A stretch of DNA of 64,000 nucleotides from Blastococcus saxobsidens DD2 (GCF_000284015.1 NC_016943.1:225541-289540); one strand, 5' to 3'. Counted from the first letter of the stretch, positions 17,427 through 31,027 are shown. Translations and numbers: made by a program. Notes: generated by a model from the sequence alone, not told the origin.

Positions 17427-19097
17427 TCACGCGCTCGCCCCGCGACCGGTGGCGTCGGTCGGGCCGTGGGCGCGGACCCGGTTGCGTCCCAGCCGCTTGG
17501 CGGAGAACAGGTGCAGGTCCGCGGTGTCGAACAGTGCCCGCCAGCCCACGACGGCGCCCGGCTCCCCGTCCGGGGCCGCCGGTGCGGTGGCGACGCCGAT
17601 GCTCACCGTCACCGGATCGGTCAGGGGCAGGTCGCTCCAGTCGGCCTCCGCGACGGCGGACCGCAGCCGCTCCATCACCACGACCGCCTGCGCCTCGGTC
17701 GCCGTCGGCAGCACGACGAGGAACTCGTCCCCGGCCCAGCGGTACACTTCGTCGTCCCCGCGGCTGTGCTCCCGCAGCAGGTCGGCGACCCGGCGGAGCA
17801 CGGCGTCGCCGTGGGTGTGCGACGTGTCGTCGTTGACCTCCTTGAACCGGTCGACGTCGACGACGGCCAGGGACAGCGGTTCCTCGCCCAGCCGCAGGGT
17901 GCCCAGCCGGCGCTCCGCGCTGCGCCGGTTGCCCAGACCGGTGAGCGGGTCCTCGAGCGCGTGCCGGCGCAGCAGCGCCGCCTGGCGCTCGGCCTCGCGC
18001 AGCCGGCTGCGGCGGACGAACATCTCCGCCCACATCTCACGGCCGCGGGTGTGCGCCCGACCGGTCTCGGCGCGGTAGGCCTCGAGCCAGTGCAGCGCCT
18101 CGGCCGGCCGGCCGAGATCGGCGTAGTCCTGGCCGAGCTCCAGCAGGGCCTGCCGGTAGCGGCGGCGGTCACCGGTGGCGGCGAACGCACCGGAGGCGTC
18201 GACCAGCAGGTCGATCGCCTCCTCGCCCACCGTCACGTCGCCGTCCCGCCGGGCGAGCGCGGCGAGCAGCCGGGCGAGGACCAGATCGGTGTAGCCGCGC
18301 AGCCACAGGCCACCGTCGCGCTGCAGCGACCGGCGGACCCGGCGCAGCGGGCCGAGAGCGGCATCCAGGTCGCCGCTGCAGACGAGCCCCCAGGCCTGCA
18401 CCACGTCGAGGAGGTCGGCGTCGGCCTGCTCCGGCTCCCAGGGCAGCTGCCGCGCCTGGGTGGCGTGGGAGATCGCCTCGGTGGCCAGCCGCCCGGCGCG
18501 GTCGGTGTCCCCGCGGCGGCGCAGGGTCTGGGCGAGCTCGACGTGCTGGCGGGCGGCGAGCAGCAGCAGCCGCCAGCGGTCGCCGACGTCGGGCAGCGCC
18601 GCGGCCACCCGGGAGCCCCGGACGGCGTGCGCGACGGCCAGCTCCTCCAGGTCGAGCCCCGACAGGGTCATCGACAGCCAGCGGTGCGCCTGGAGCAGCG
18701 GGCGCGAGGGCTGCCCGGACTGCCCGTCGGTGAGCAGGCTGGCGTCGACGGCGAGCAGCATCGCGTGGTCGAGGTGGTCGCAGGTCGTCTCGACGTGCGC
18801 GAGGTACGCCATCAGGAGGGCGGTCTCCGCCGACACCGGGCACCGGTCCAGCAGCTCCCGGGCCGCGGCGATCCCGTCCGCGGTGGCGGCCGGGTCGCCG
18901 TCGAGCAGGCTCCGGCGGGCGCGCACCACGTGCCGCCAGGCGGCCCAGAGCGGCTCGTCGCTGCCGGCGAACGCGTCCTCGGCCTCGTCGAGCAGGGCGC
19001 GGAACGGGGTGGGGTCCTCCTGCTGACCGGCGTCGAGCAGTCGCCACAGCGCAGCCTGCAGCCCCACGGGAGGAACGCGGGCGGGGGCGGGGGTCAC
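17427..19097 (-). CDS. TPR-like sensor domain / GGDEF-domain protein (AGDEF variant)
   Basis: Paralog of the N-terminal two-thirds of 14585..17353. GGDEF domain with LTGLGNRR and RWAGDEFLVVLP. Confidence 0.75.
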   Translation of the reverse strand: MTPAPARVPPVGLQAALWRLLDAGQQEDPTPFRALLDEAEDAFAGSDEPLWAAWRHVVRARRSLLDGDPAATADGIAAARELLDRCPVSAETALLMAYLAHVETTCDHLDHAMLLAVDASLLTDGQSGQPSRPLLQAHRWLSMTLSGLDLEELAVAHAVRGSRVAAALPDVGDRWRLLLLAARQHVELAQTLRRRGDTDRAGRLATEAISHATQARQLPWEPEQADADLLDVVQAWGLVCSGDLDAALGPLRRVRRSLQRDGGLWLRGYTDLVLARLLAALARRDGDVTVGEEAIDLLVDASGAFAATGDRRRYRQALLELGQDYADLGRPAEALHWLEAYRAETGRAHTRGREMWAEMFVRRSRLREAERQAALLRRHALEDPLTGLGNRRSAERRLGTLRLGEEPLSLAVVDVDRFKEVNDDTSHTHGDAVLRRVADLLREHSRGDDEVYRWAGDEFLVVLPTATEAQAVVVMERLRSAVAEADWSDLPLTDPVTVSIGVATAPAAPDGEPGAVVGWRALFDTADLHLFSAKRLGRNRVRAHGPTDATGRGASA

Positions 19098-19206
19098 GCA
19101 CTCCTCCAGTCAGGGGTAGGCGGCCGCGGAGGCCGGTGCTGCCGGTGGCCCGCCCCTGCTCCCGGGTCGGGCGACCGCCTCGTGCTGTGCGCACTACCCT
19201 CGTCGG

Positions 19207-20154
19207 ATGCCCGGGATGCCACCCAGTCCGTCTCCGACGCGGTTCGCCTATCTCGGGCCCGAGGGTACCTTCGCCGAAGCGGCCCTGAGCAGGGCGATTA
19301 CCGCTCCGGAGGGACGGCGCGACCCCCAGCCGAGTGTCGCCGCGGCGCTGGCCGCCGTCCGGTCGGGTGACGCCGACGCGGCGCTCGTCCCGCTCGAGAA
19401 CTCCGTCGAGGGATCCGTGCCGGCGACGATGGACGGGCTGGTCGACGGCGAGCCGCTGGTGATCACCCGCGAGGTGTTCCTCGACGTGGCGTTCGTGCTC
19501 GCGGTGCGCCCGGGGACGGTGCTCGCCGACGTCGGCTCGGTGGCCAGCCATCCGCACGCGCTCGCGCAGACCGGCCGGCGGCTCACCGAACTGCTGCCCG
19601 GGATCAGCCCGCTGCCGACGACGTCCACCGCCGCGGCCGCCGCGGCGGTGGCGGCCGGCGAGGTCGACGCCGCCGTGTGCGCGGCGATCGCCGCCTCGCG
19701 GTACGGCCTCGACGTCCTGGCCGACGACGTCGCCGACCACCCGGGTGCGGTGACCCGGTTCGTGCTGGTCTCGCGACCGGGGCGGCTGCCCGACCCGACC
19801 GGCAACGACAAGACGTCGCTGGTGGCCGTCGTGGGGGACCGCACCGGGGCGCTGCTGGAGCTGCTGCAGGAGTTCGCCGTCCGCGGCATCAGCCTGACCC
19901 GCATCGAGTCCCGCCCCACCCGGCAGCGGCTCGGGGTCTACTCCTTCTCCCTCGACTGCGAGGGGCACGTCGCCGATCCGCGGGTGGGCGAGGCGCTGGC
20001 CGCGCTGCACCGGCTCTGCGACGACGTCCGGTTCCTCGGCTCCTATCCCCGTGCCGACGGGCGGGAGAACCGGCCGGTGCGGCAGGAGTCGTCCGACGCC
20101 GCGTTCGCCGACGCCGACGTCTGGCTGGCCCGGCTGCGCTCGGGCGAGGTCTGA
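19207..20154 (+). CDS. pheA: prephenate dehydratase
   Basis: PDT domain (FAYLGPEGTFAEAA; TRIESRP) plus a C-terminal ACT domain. Confidence 0.85.
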   Translation: MPGMPPSPSPTRFAYLGPEGTFAEAALSRAITAPEGRRDPQPSVAAALAAVRSGDADAALVPLENSVEGSVPATMDGLVDGEPLVITREVFLDVAFVLAVRPGTVLADVGSVASHPHALAQTGRRLTELLPGISPLPTTSTAAAAAAVAAGEVDAAVCAAIAASRYGLDVLADDVADHPGAVTRFVLVSRPGRLPDPTGNDKTSLVAVVGDRTGALLELLQEFAVRGISLTRIESRPTRQRLGVYSFSLDCEGHVADPRVGEALAALHRLCDDVRFLGSYPRADGRENRPVRQESSDAAFADADVWLARLRSGEV

Positions 20155-20272
20155 GCGCCCCTCCCCGTTGATGATCGGCGGTTCACCCGTCCGGGGACCG
20201 CTCACGAGGCATTCCCGCCGCTACGCTCCGCCGCCGTGACGGTCCACACCGCCCCCGCCCTCCGGTTCCGTC

Positions 20273-20593
20273 GTGTCGCCGGACCGGGCGTCCCGCCGCC
20301 GCACCGCGGTCGAGCTCGGCGTGCTGCAGGTCGGCTACCTGCTCTTCCTGGCCCCGTGGTTCCTCGTCGCGATCGGCGGCGCGATGGGGATGGCCAACGC
20401 GAACTCCTCCTGGGCCGCGCTGCTGATCTACGGCTGGTTCGGCTACCCGTTCGTGGCGGTGACCACGACGGTGATCGCGTGGGTGCTGTTCGGCACCGGG
20501 CGCCTCGCCGCGGCGCGGTGGACCAACCGGGTGCCGCTGCTCTGGGTGGTCGTCGGGGCCGCCGTCCTGACCTGGATCTTCACCGCCGGTTAG
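20273..20593 (+). CDS. hypothetical small membrane protein
   Basis: 106 aa with three hydrophobic helices. Its 3' end overlaps the convergent panE-like gene. Confidence 0.3.
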   Translation: MSPDRASRRRTAVELGVLQVGYLLFLAPWFLVAIGGAMGMANANSSWAALLIYGWFGYPFVAVTTTVIAWVLFGTGRLAAARWTNRVPLLWVVVGAAVLTWIFTAG

Positions 20594-21488
20594 GTTCGGC
20601 TTCCCGGAGCCGGCTGCGCAGCTCCTCGACGATTCGCCGGGTGACCGGAACGTCGATGCCGTGCCGGTCGGCCGCCCGCAGCACCGCCCCGCCGATCGCC
20701 TCCAGCTCGGTGGGGTTGCCGGCCTCGGCGTCCCGCTGCATCGAGGAGCGCATCCCGTCCGGCAGCGACCAGGCGAAGTCGCGGGTGGCCGCGGCGTCGC
20801 TCGCCGCACCGTCGGCCCGGGCGACCGCGGCGACCTCGCCGATCACCGCGGTGAGGTCGTCGCCGCGCTCGTCGCGCACCGGCCCGAGCGGCGTCCCGGC
20901 CGCCGTCGTCAACAGGGCCATCGGCGCGAGGAAGCACAGCTTGTCCCAGAGCAGCCCGGCCTCGTCGGGACGGACGGCGACGTCGACGCCGGCGGCGGTC
21001 AGGGCCTCGGCCAGCGGCTCGGCGCCCGGGGCCAGCTGGACGGCGCACAGCTCGCCGTCGTGCCGGATCACGCCCGGTGTCGGGCGGTCGGCGAACACCC
21101 GGATGGTGCCGGCGACCACCCGCGCGGTCGGGTAGCGCGCGCGCAGCTGCGCCAGGTGCTCGACGCCGTTGAGCAGCGGCACCAGGACGGCGTCACCGAG
21201 GACGTCGGCCGGCACCCGGTCGAGCGCGGCCTCGAGCTGGGTGGCCTTCGTCGTCACCAGGAGGACGTCGACCGGCTCGGAAAGCCGCTCTGCGCCGCGG
21301 ACCGCGGCCGGGACCTCGCCGAATCGGCCGCTGGTCAGCCGCAGGCCGTCGCGGTCGAGGTGCTGCGCGGTCTCCGGGCGGGCCAGGCAGGTGACCGCGT
21401 GACCCTCCCGCGCCAGCAGGGCGGCCAGCAACCCGCCGACACCTCCGGGCCCGAGCACGGCGATCCGGAGCTTCTGGCCAGAGGTCAC
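20580..21488 (-). CDS. 2-dehydropantoate 2-reductase (ketopantoate reductase, ApbA/PanE family)
   Basis: N-terminal Rossmann motif IAVLGPGGVGG. ApbA_C-like C-terminus. GTG start inferred at 21488. Confidence 0.7.
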   Translation of the reverse strand: MTSGQKLRIAVLGPGGVGGLLAALLAREGHAVTCLARPETAQHLDRDGLRLTSGRFGEVPAAVRGAERLSEPVDVLLVTTKATQLEAALDRVPADVLGDAVLVPLLNGVEHLAQLRARYPTARVVAGTIRVFADRPTPGVIRHDGELCAVQLAPGAEPLAEALTAAGVDVAVRPDEAGLLWDKLCFLAPMALLTTAAGTPLGPVRDERGDDLTAVIGEVAAVARADGAASDAAATRDFAWSLPDGMRSSMQRDAEAGNPTELEAIGGAVLRAADRHGIDVPVTRRIVEELRSRLREAEPNRR

Positions 21489-21686
21489 GGGAGCCACCCT
21501 GCCCGAACGGGCGGACGTCAGGCCAGTGATCCGGCCATGTGCAGGGGTCCTCACCAGTCAGCGACTGCTCCGCGTGAGCTGCGTGGCCATGAGACGACCG
21601 GTCGCTGCACTGGGAAAGTGTAGCGGCGCCAGCAGCCACGCAGGATCCCCCGGCCGAGTCACGGCAAAGCCATGCCGGACCGATGA

Positions 21687-21713
21687 ATATTGCGTATATT
21701 GCGGTTATTGCGT
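21687..21713. promoter_or_regulatory. three tandem 9-bp direct repeats in the AT-rich promoter of the TA cassette
   Basis: ATATTGCGT ATATTGCGG TTATTGCGT, then TTATTTAAG (-10-like) and the palindrome CACGCGTG. SD AGGAGG lies 7 nt before the ATG at 21772. Confidence 0.4.
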
Positions 21714-21771
21714 TTATTTAAGCACGCGTGGTGCTGGAAGTTCACGGCACTGCAGAGTCAGGAGGATCGCC

Positions 21772-22230
21772 ATGACTTCCCTGCTAGAGCCGCCGGTTCA
21801 GCCCGATGCGACCGACGTGATGACCGCTGTCGAGGCGGTCAAGAGCGTCAAGAACTACCTGCGCACCCACACAAGCAACGACACTGTGCGTCTGGTCGTC
21901 GATGACGAGCACGAGGACTCGCTCGTCGTACCCCGTTCCGCCGTCGAACTCCTGGCCCGCGTCCTCGCACACATGGCTGCTGGGGAAGGCGTCTCAGTCG
22001 TTCCGGCACACGCCGAGCTCACCACCCAGCAGGCCGCCGACATGCTCAACGTGAGCCGCCCGTACCTGATCTCCCTACTGGAGGGTGGTGAGATCGAGTA
22101 CCGGAAGGTCGGCACTCACCGCCGGATCAAGGCAGAGTCTCTGCTGCGGTACATGCGTCAGGACGACCGCCGGCGTCGCGCCGCAGCCGACGAACTGACT
22201 GCGCTCGGCGAGGAGATGGACGTCCTCTGA
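21772..22230 (+). CDS. HTH DNA-binding antitoxin (excisionase/MerR-like HTH family)
   Basis: Strong SD cAGGAGGatcgccATG. HTH TTQQAADMLNVSRPYLISLLEGGEIEYRKVG. Visibly lower GC than the flanks. Confidence 0.65.
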   Translation: MTSLLEPPVQPDATDVMTAVEAVKSVKNYLRTHTSNDTVRLVVDDEHEDSLVVPRSAVELLARVLAHMAAGEGVSVVPAHAELTTQQAADMLNVSRPYLISLLEGGEIEYRKVGTHRRIKAESLLRYMRQDDRRRRAAADELTALGEEMDVL

Positions 22231-22231
22231 C

Positions 22232-22786
22232 GTGGCTTCCTTCGTTGTCATCTATGACGCGAACGTCCTGTACCCCAGCCTTCTCCGCGACCTGCTGATT
22301 CGTGTCGCACAGGCCGGGTTGGTGCGCGCCCGCTGGACCGACGAGATCCTCGATGAAGTCTTCCGCAACCTCGTCGAGGACCGCCCCGACCTGGACCCCG
22401 ACCGGCTCGCTCGCACCCGCACCCTGATGAATCAGGCCATCCGGGATGTCCTGGTCACCGGTTACGAGCCGCTGACAGGGGTCGTCGACCTCCCCGACCC
22501 CGACGACCGGCACGTGGTCGCTGCAGCCATCAAGGTCGGCGCTCAGACCATCGTCACCAACAACGTGCGTGATTTCCCGCGAGACGGCCTGGCCCGGTGG
22601 CACATCGAGGCCCGTCGCGCCGACGAGTTTCTGCACTCGATGGTCGACCTGAACCCAGAAATCGTCTTCGGCGAGGTCCAGCGCATCGCCGACAGCAAGA
22701 AGCGCCCACCCATGGATCTGGATGAAGTGCTCGCTGCGCTGCACAACCAGGGCCTCATCGAAACCGTGGCAGCACTGCGGTCCTGA
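22232..22786 (+). CDS. PIN-domain toxin (VapC-like)
   Basis: PIN signature: IYDANVLY and a conserved acidic D further on. GTG start one nt after the antitoxin stop. Confidence 0.7.
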   Translation: MASFVVIYDANVLYPSLLRDLLIRVAQAGLVRARWTDEILDEVFRNLVEDRPDLDPDRLARTRTLMNQAIRDVLVTGYEPLTGVVDLPDPDDRHVVAAAIKVGAQTIVTNNVRDFPRDGLARWHIEARRADEFLHSMVDLNPEIVFGEVQRIADSKKRPPMDLDEVLAALHNQGLIETVAALRS

Positions 22787-22835
22787 GGCCGGCAGGTGGC
22801 TCCATCAAGGTTGGCTTTCCTCGCCTCGACAGTGC

Positions 22836-24956
22836 TCAGGCCCGCGCGCGCTGCCGCTCGTCGGCGGGCGCGGTCGGGCCCTTCGCGAGCGTGCCCGGCC
22901 ACCATACCCTGTCGCCGAGCAGGTGGACGGCGGCCGGCACCACCAGCGTGCGGACCACGAAGGTGTCGAGCAGGACGCCGAAGCCGACCAGGAACCCGAG
23001 CTGAACCAGGATCACCAGCGGCAGCACGGCCAGCGCGCCGAAGGTGGCCGCGAGCACCAGCCCGGCGCTGGTGATGACGCCGCCGGTGACGGCGAGCGCG
23101 CGCAGCACGCCGTTCCGGGTGCCGACCCGCTGCGACTCCTCGCGGGCGCGGGTCATCAGGAAGATGTTGTAGTCGATCCCCAGCGCCACCAGGAACACGA
23201 ATCCGATCAGCAGCACCTGCGGATCGCTGCCCGGGAACTGGAACAGGTGCTCGAACACCAGCGCGCTGACGCCCATGGTGGCCAGCACGCTCACCGCCAC
23301 CGTGGCCACCAGCAGGATCGGTGCCACGAGCGCCCGCAGCAGCACCGCCAGGACCACGGTGATGACCAGCAGCACCAGCGGGACGATCACCGCGAGGTCG
23401 CGGGCCGCCGTCTCCTGGGTGTCCAGGTCGCTGGCCGTGTTCCCGCCGACGAGGGCGTCGGCGTCGACCGCGCTCACCGCCGTCCGGAGCGCGGAGACGG
23501 TGTCCTGGGCCGGCTGGCTGTCGGTGGGATCGGTGAGGGTGGCGTCGATCCGCACCAGGCCGTCGGCGACCACGGGCTCGCCGCCGCCCGGTGGGCCGCC
23601 TCGTTCACCGGTGAAGGGGGCGACCTGGGCCACGCCGTCGACGTCGTCCGCGGCGTCGGCGACGGCCTCCCAGCCGTCGGCCGGCGTGATGATGATCGCC
23701 GGGCTGGCCGCGCCGGCCAGGTAGTGCCGGGCCAGCGCCTCCTGCCCCGCGCCGGACTCCGAGCCACCGCGCACGGCCTCGGACAGCGGGATGCCGCCGG
23801 CGTCGAAACCGGGTGCGAAGGCGGAGAGCGCGACGACCAGGCCGAGGCTGCCGAGCAGGACCCGGCCGGGCCGGCGGCCGACGGTCGTGGCCAGCCGTTC
23901 CCAGCCGCGGCCGTGCGCGTGCTCCTCGCCGCGCTTCGGCCGGAAGGGCCAGAACGCCGCCCGCCCGAACAGCAGCAGCACCGCCGGCAGGAAGGTGAGC
24001 GCGGCGAGCATGGCGAAGGCGATGCTGACCGCCGAGATCGGGCCGAGGCCCCGGTTCGACCCGAGGTCCGAGAAGAGCAGGCACAGGACCCCGAGGATGA
24101 CCGTGACGCCGCTGGCGAGGATCGGTTCCCACGACTGCCGCAGCGCCACCCGCATCGCGGCGACGGCCGACTCCTCGCGGCGCAGCTCCTCCCGGTACCG
24201 GGCGACCAGCAGCAGCCCGTAGTCGGTGGCCGCGCCGACGACGAGGATCGAGGCGATGCCCTGGCTCTGGCCGTTCACCGTGATCCAACCCTGCTCGGCC
24301 AGGAGGTAGGCGACCGCGAGGGAGACCACCAGCGCCATGCCCGCGGTGCCGATCACCAGCAACGGCAGCAGCGGACTGCGGTAGACCACGAGCAGGATCA
24401 GCAGGACGACGCCGAACGCGGCGAGCAGCAGCAGCCCGTCGATGCCGGAGAAGCCCTCGGCGAAGTCGGCGAAGACCGCGCCGGGGCCGGTCACGTACGC
24501 CGTCGTCCCGTCGATGCCGGGGAGCGCGCGCAGGTCGGCGATCACCGCGCCCAGCCCCTCCCCGAGGTCCGGGTCGAAGGGGAGCACCGCCTGCACCGCC
24601 GCGCCGTCGTCGGACGGGATGGGGGGTGACGCCTCGCCGGCGAGTGCCCCGGCGTCTTCGGCGAGGGTGGTCGCCGCGGCGACCCGGTCCTGCGCCTCGG
24701 CCCGTGCGGCCTGGCTCAGCTCCCCGTCCTCGCTCTCCCACAGCAGGATCACCGGCAGCGTCCGCTCGGTGCGGAACTCCTGCAGCAGCTCGGTGACCCG
24801 CGTGGACTCCGCCCGGTCGGGCAGGAAGGCGGTGGAGTCGTTCTCCTGGACCGAGCCGAGCTGCCCGCTGAACGAGCTCAGCGGCCCGGCGAGGCCGAGC
24901 CACAGCAGTGCGACGATGGCCGGCAGGAGCCAGCGGAGGACGGTGCTCCGGCGCAT
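22836..24956 (-). CDS. MMPL-family (RND superfamily) membrane transporter
   Basis: 706 aa, two 6-TM bundles separated by soluble domains. Typical MMPL. Confidence 0.85.
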   Translation of the reverse strand: MRRSTVLRWLLPAIVALLWLGLAGPLSSFSGQLGSVQENDSTAFLPDRAESTRVTELLQEFRTERTLPVILLWESEDGELSQAARAEAQDRVAAATTLAEDAGALAGEASPPIPSDDGAAVQAVLPFDPDLGEGLGAVIADLRALPGIDGTTAYVTGPGAVFADFAEGFSGIDGLLLLAAFGVVLLILLVVYRSPLLPLLVIGTAGMALVVSLAVAYLLAEQGWITVNGQSQGIASILVVGAATDYGLLLVARYREELRREESAVAAMRVALRQSWEPILASGVTVILGVLCLLFSDLGSNRGLGPISAVSIAFAMLAALTFLPAVLLLFGRAAFWPFRPKRGEEHAHGRGWERLATTVGRRPGRVLLGSLGLVVALSAFAPGFDAGGIPLSEAVRGGSESGAGQEALARHYLAGAASPAIIITPADGWEAVADAADDVDGVAQVAPFTGERGGPPGGGEPVVADGLVRIDATLTDPTDSQPAQDTVSALRTAVSAVDADALVGGNTASDLDTQETAARDLAVIVPLVLLVITVVLAVLLRALVAPILLVATVAVSVLATMGVSALVFEHLFQFPGSDPQVLLIGFVFLVALGIDYNIFLMTRAREESQRVGTRNGVLRALAVTGGVITSAGLVLAATFGALAVLPLVILVQLGFLVGFGVLLDTFVVRTLVVPAAVHLLGDRVWWPGTLAKGPTAPADERQRARA

Positions 24957-25024
24957 CGGAATCCTTGACGGTCGACAATCTCGAACATCGAGATAGTAGG
25001 TCCCCGCGCGGAGGGAGGTGCTTA

Positions 25025-25501
25025 GTGGCGAGCGAGGTCGACCCCGTGCGGAACGAGCTGGCGCTGCTCCTTCGCCGGCTGACCGTGGAGCTGGATGCGG
25101 TCGGGCAGCGATTCGCCGGAGCGCACGGGCTCGGCCGCACCGACGTCCGGGCGCTGGTGGCGGTCATGGACGCCGCGCGCCGCGGTGAGGCGCTCACGGC
25201 CGGGCGGCTGGGATCGGCGGTGGAGCTGAGCTCGGCGTCGGTCACCGCGCTGGTCGACCGGCTGGAACGGGCCGGCCACCTGCGGCGGGCGCGCGACGAC
25301 GCCGACCGCCGGCGGGTCACGCTGCAGATGTCACCGGCGGCCATGGCGGCCGGCGCGGAGTTCTTCGGCGGCCTGCAACGGGACCTGCTCGCGGCGATGC
25401 AGGGCTACAGCGACGAGGAGCTCGCCGTCGTCCACCGGTTCCTGACCGGCATGACCGAGGTGATCGAGGGCCACGCCCGCGCGGGGCCCGAGCCTGGCTG
25501 A
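25025..25501 (+). CDS. MarR-family transcriptional regulator
   Basis: Winged-helix region LTAGRLGSAVELSSASVTALVDRLERAGHLRR. Divergent from the MMPL gene. Confidence 0.75.
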   Translation: MASEVDPVRNELALLLRRLTVELDAVGQRFAGAHGLGRTDVRALVAVMDAARRGEALTAGRLGSAVELSSASVTALVDRLERAGHLRRARDDADRRRVTLQMSPAAMAAGAEFFGGLQRDLLAAMQGYSDEELAVVHRFLTGMTEVIEGHARAGPEPG

Positions 25502-25509
25502 CCCACCCC

Positions 25510-25569
25510 GGCATAGGAGGCTATGCCTACGTTCTGGGGCGCCGAACCATAGGCATAGCCTCCTATGCC
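25510..25569. repeat. 60-bp palindromic element, copy 1: perfect 20-bp inverted repeats with a 20-bp spacer
   Basis: GGCATAGGAGGCTATGCCTA, 20 nt, TAGGCATAGCCTCCTATGCC. Each arm is itself a 7-bp palindrome around a 4-nt centre. Lies between the MarR stop (25501) and the groES-like stop (25581). Confidence 0.7.
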
Positions 25570-25579
25570 CGGGGGGTTC

Positions 25580-25894
25580 TCAGAGGTAGAGGCCGGTCGA
25601 TTCCTCGATGCGCTCGGCGGCGACGGCGTGCACGTCGCGCTCGCGCAGGATGATCAGGTCCTCGCCGTGCACCTCGACCTCGTGCTGGTCCTCGGGGGAG
25701 AAGAGCACCTGGTCGCCGACCTTCACCTGACGGACGCCGGCGCCGATCCCGCGGGCCTCGCCCCACACCAGCCGCTTGGCCACCTGGGCGGTCGCCGGGA
25801 TGAGGATGCCGCCGGTGGACCGGCGGTCGCCGTCCTCCTTGCGGAGCGCGACCAGGATGCGGTCGTGCAGCATCTTGATCGGCAGCTTGCCGAC
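25580..25894 (-). CDS. GroES/Cpn10-family co-chaperonin-like protein (no adjacent groEL)
   Basis: KMLHDRILV ... GGILIP ... VKVGDQVLF ... DLIILRERDVHAV matches the Cpn10 fold pattern. GTG start inferred. Confidence 0.55.
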   Translation of the reverse strand, partial: VGKLPIKMLHDRILVALRKEDGDRRSTGGILIPATAQVAKRLVWGEARGIGAGVRQVKVGDQVLFSPEDQHEVEVHGEDLIILRERDVHAVAAERIEESTGLYL

Positions 25895-25965
25895 GGCGCT
25901 GTTCTCGGGCACGTCCTCGCACGCTACCCGCCGCCCGGAGGGGCGTTCCCGGCCGTCAGCGCCGC

Positions 25966-30171
<4,206 letters not shown>

Positions 30172-30182
30172 CCGGACGCACG

Positions 30183-30986
30183 ATGTCTGACTGGCGACCG
30201 CGGCTGATCGCCAGCGACATGGACGGCACCCTGCTGCGGCGCGACGAGTCGGTGAGCGCCGCGACGGTCGCCGAGCTCGAGCGGTGGCGGGCCGGCGGCG
30301 TCCCGCTGGTGCTGGCCACCGGCCGGCCGCCGCGCTGGATGCACGGCGTCCGGGAGGTGCTGCGGTACGGCACCGCGGTGTGCTGCAACGGCGCGGTGCT
30401 GCTGGACCTGGAGCCGATGGAGATCCTCGGCGAGGCCCCGCTGGAGCCGGACGCGCTGCAGGCGATCACCGCGGAACTGCGCGTGCAGCAGCCCACGATG
30501 TGGTTCGCCGTCGAGTACGGCTGGGAGTTCCGGCACGAGCCGGTGTACCGCCCGCGCTGGGACGTCGACGCGCCCGGGGTCGCCGCGGCCACCCTGGGCG
30601 AGATGACCGCGGCCCCGGCGGCGAAGCTGCTGGCCCGCCACGAGTCCTTGACCCGCGACGCGTTCGTGCAGCTGGTCGAGGACGTCGTCGGCGCCCGCGG
30701 CACGGTCACGACCTCCTCGACCGACGCGCTGGCCGAGATCTCCGCCCCCGGCGTCACCAAGGCCACCGGGCTGGCGACGGTGGCGGCCCGCCACGGCGTC
30801 GGGCCGGAGGACGTCGTGGTCTTCGGCGACATGCCCAACGACATCGCCGCCTTCGAGTGGGTGCGCGACGGCGGCGGCCGCGCCGTGGCGATGGAGCACG
30901 CGCACCCCGACCTGCTCGACGTCGCCACCGACGTCACCGTCGGCAACGACGAGGACGGCGTCGCCGCGTTCCTCGGGTCGCTCTAG
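30183..30986 (+). CDS. Cof-type HAD-IIB family hydrolase (tandem paralog)
   Basis: IASDMDGTLL and FGDMPNDIAAF. The junction carries a duplicated cgatgtctgac. Confidence 0.7.
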   Translation: MSDWRPRLIASDMDGTLLRRDESVSAATVAELERWRAGGVPLVLATGRPPRWMHGVREVLRYGTAVCCNGAVLLDLEPMEILGEAPLEPDALQAITAELRVQQPTMWFAVEYGWEFRHEPVYRPRWDVDAPGVAAATLGEMTAAPAAKLLARHESLTRDAFVQLVEDVVGARGTVTTSSTDALAEISAPGVTKATGLATVAARHGVGPEDVVVFGDMPNDIAAFEWVRDGGGRAVAMEHAHPDLLDVATDVTVGNDEDGVAAFLGSL

Positions 30987-31027
30987 TCACAGCTGACCCG
31001 CACCGAGCCCCGGTCAGCTGAACATCC

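Noticed and set aside
12428-17836. 1802-aa plus-strand ORF and 980-aa minus-strand ORF (14139..17081) spanning larC, the repeats and the GGDEF-LarB gene
   Set aside because: Stop-free frames are expected by chance at this GC. The products are Arg/Gly/Pro low-complexity strings. They lie antisense to or out of frame with genes that have clear domain signatures.
18169-20205. 678-aa minus-strand ORF opposite pheA and the GGDEF gene start
   Set aside because: It is antisense to a well-supported prephenate dehydratase. Its Arg/Pro/Gly composition is typical of frame artefacts.
22722-24629. 635-aa plus-strand ORF opposite the MMPL transporter
   Set aside because: It is antisense to a gene with clear MMPL topology, and its His/Arg/Asp/Gln-rich product looks like a frame artefact.
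25510-25569. Palindromic element copy 1 interpreted as an ordinary bidirectional intrinsic terminator
   Set aside because: It is not sufficient as an explanation. A near-identical copy sits in a divergent promoter region at 27777-27836 where termination makes no sense. Both are kept as a repeat family.
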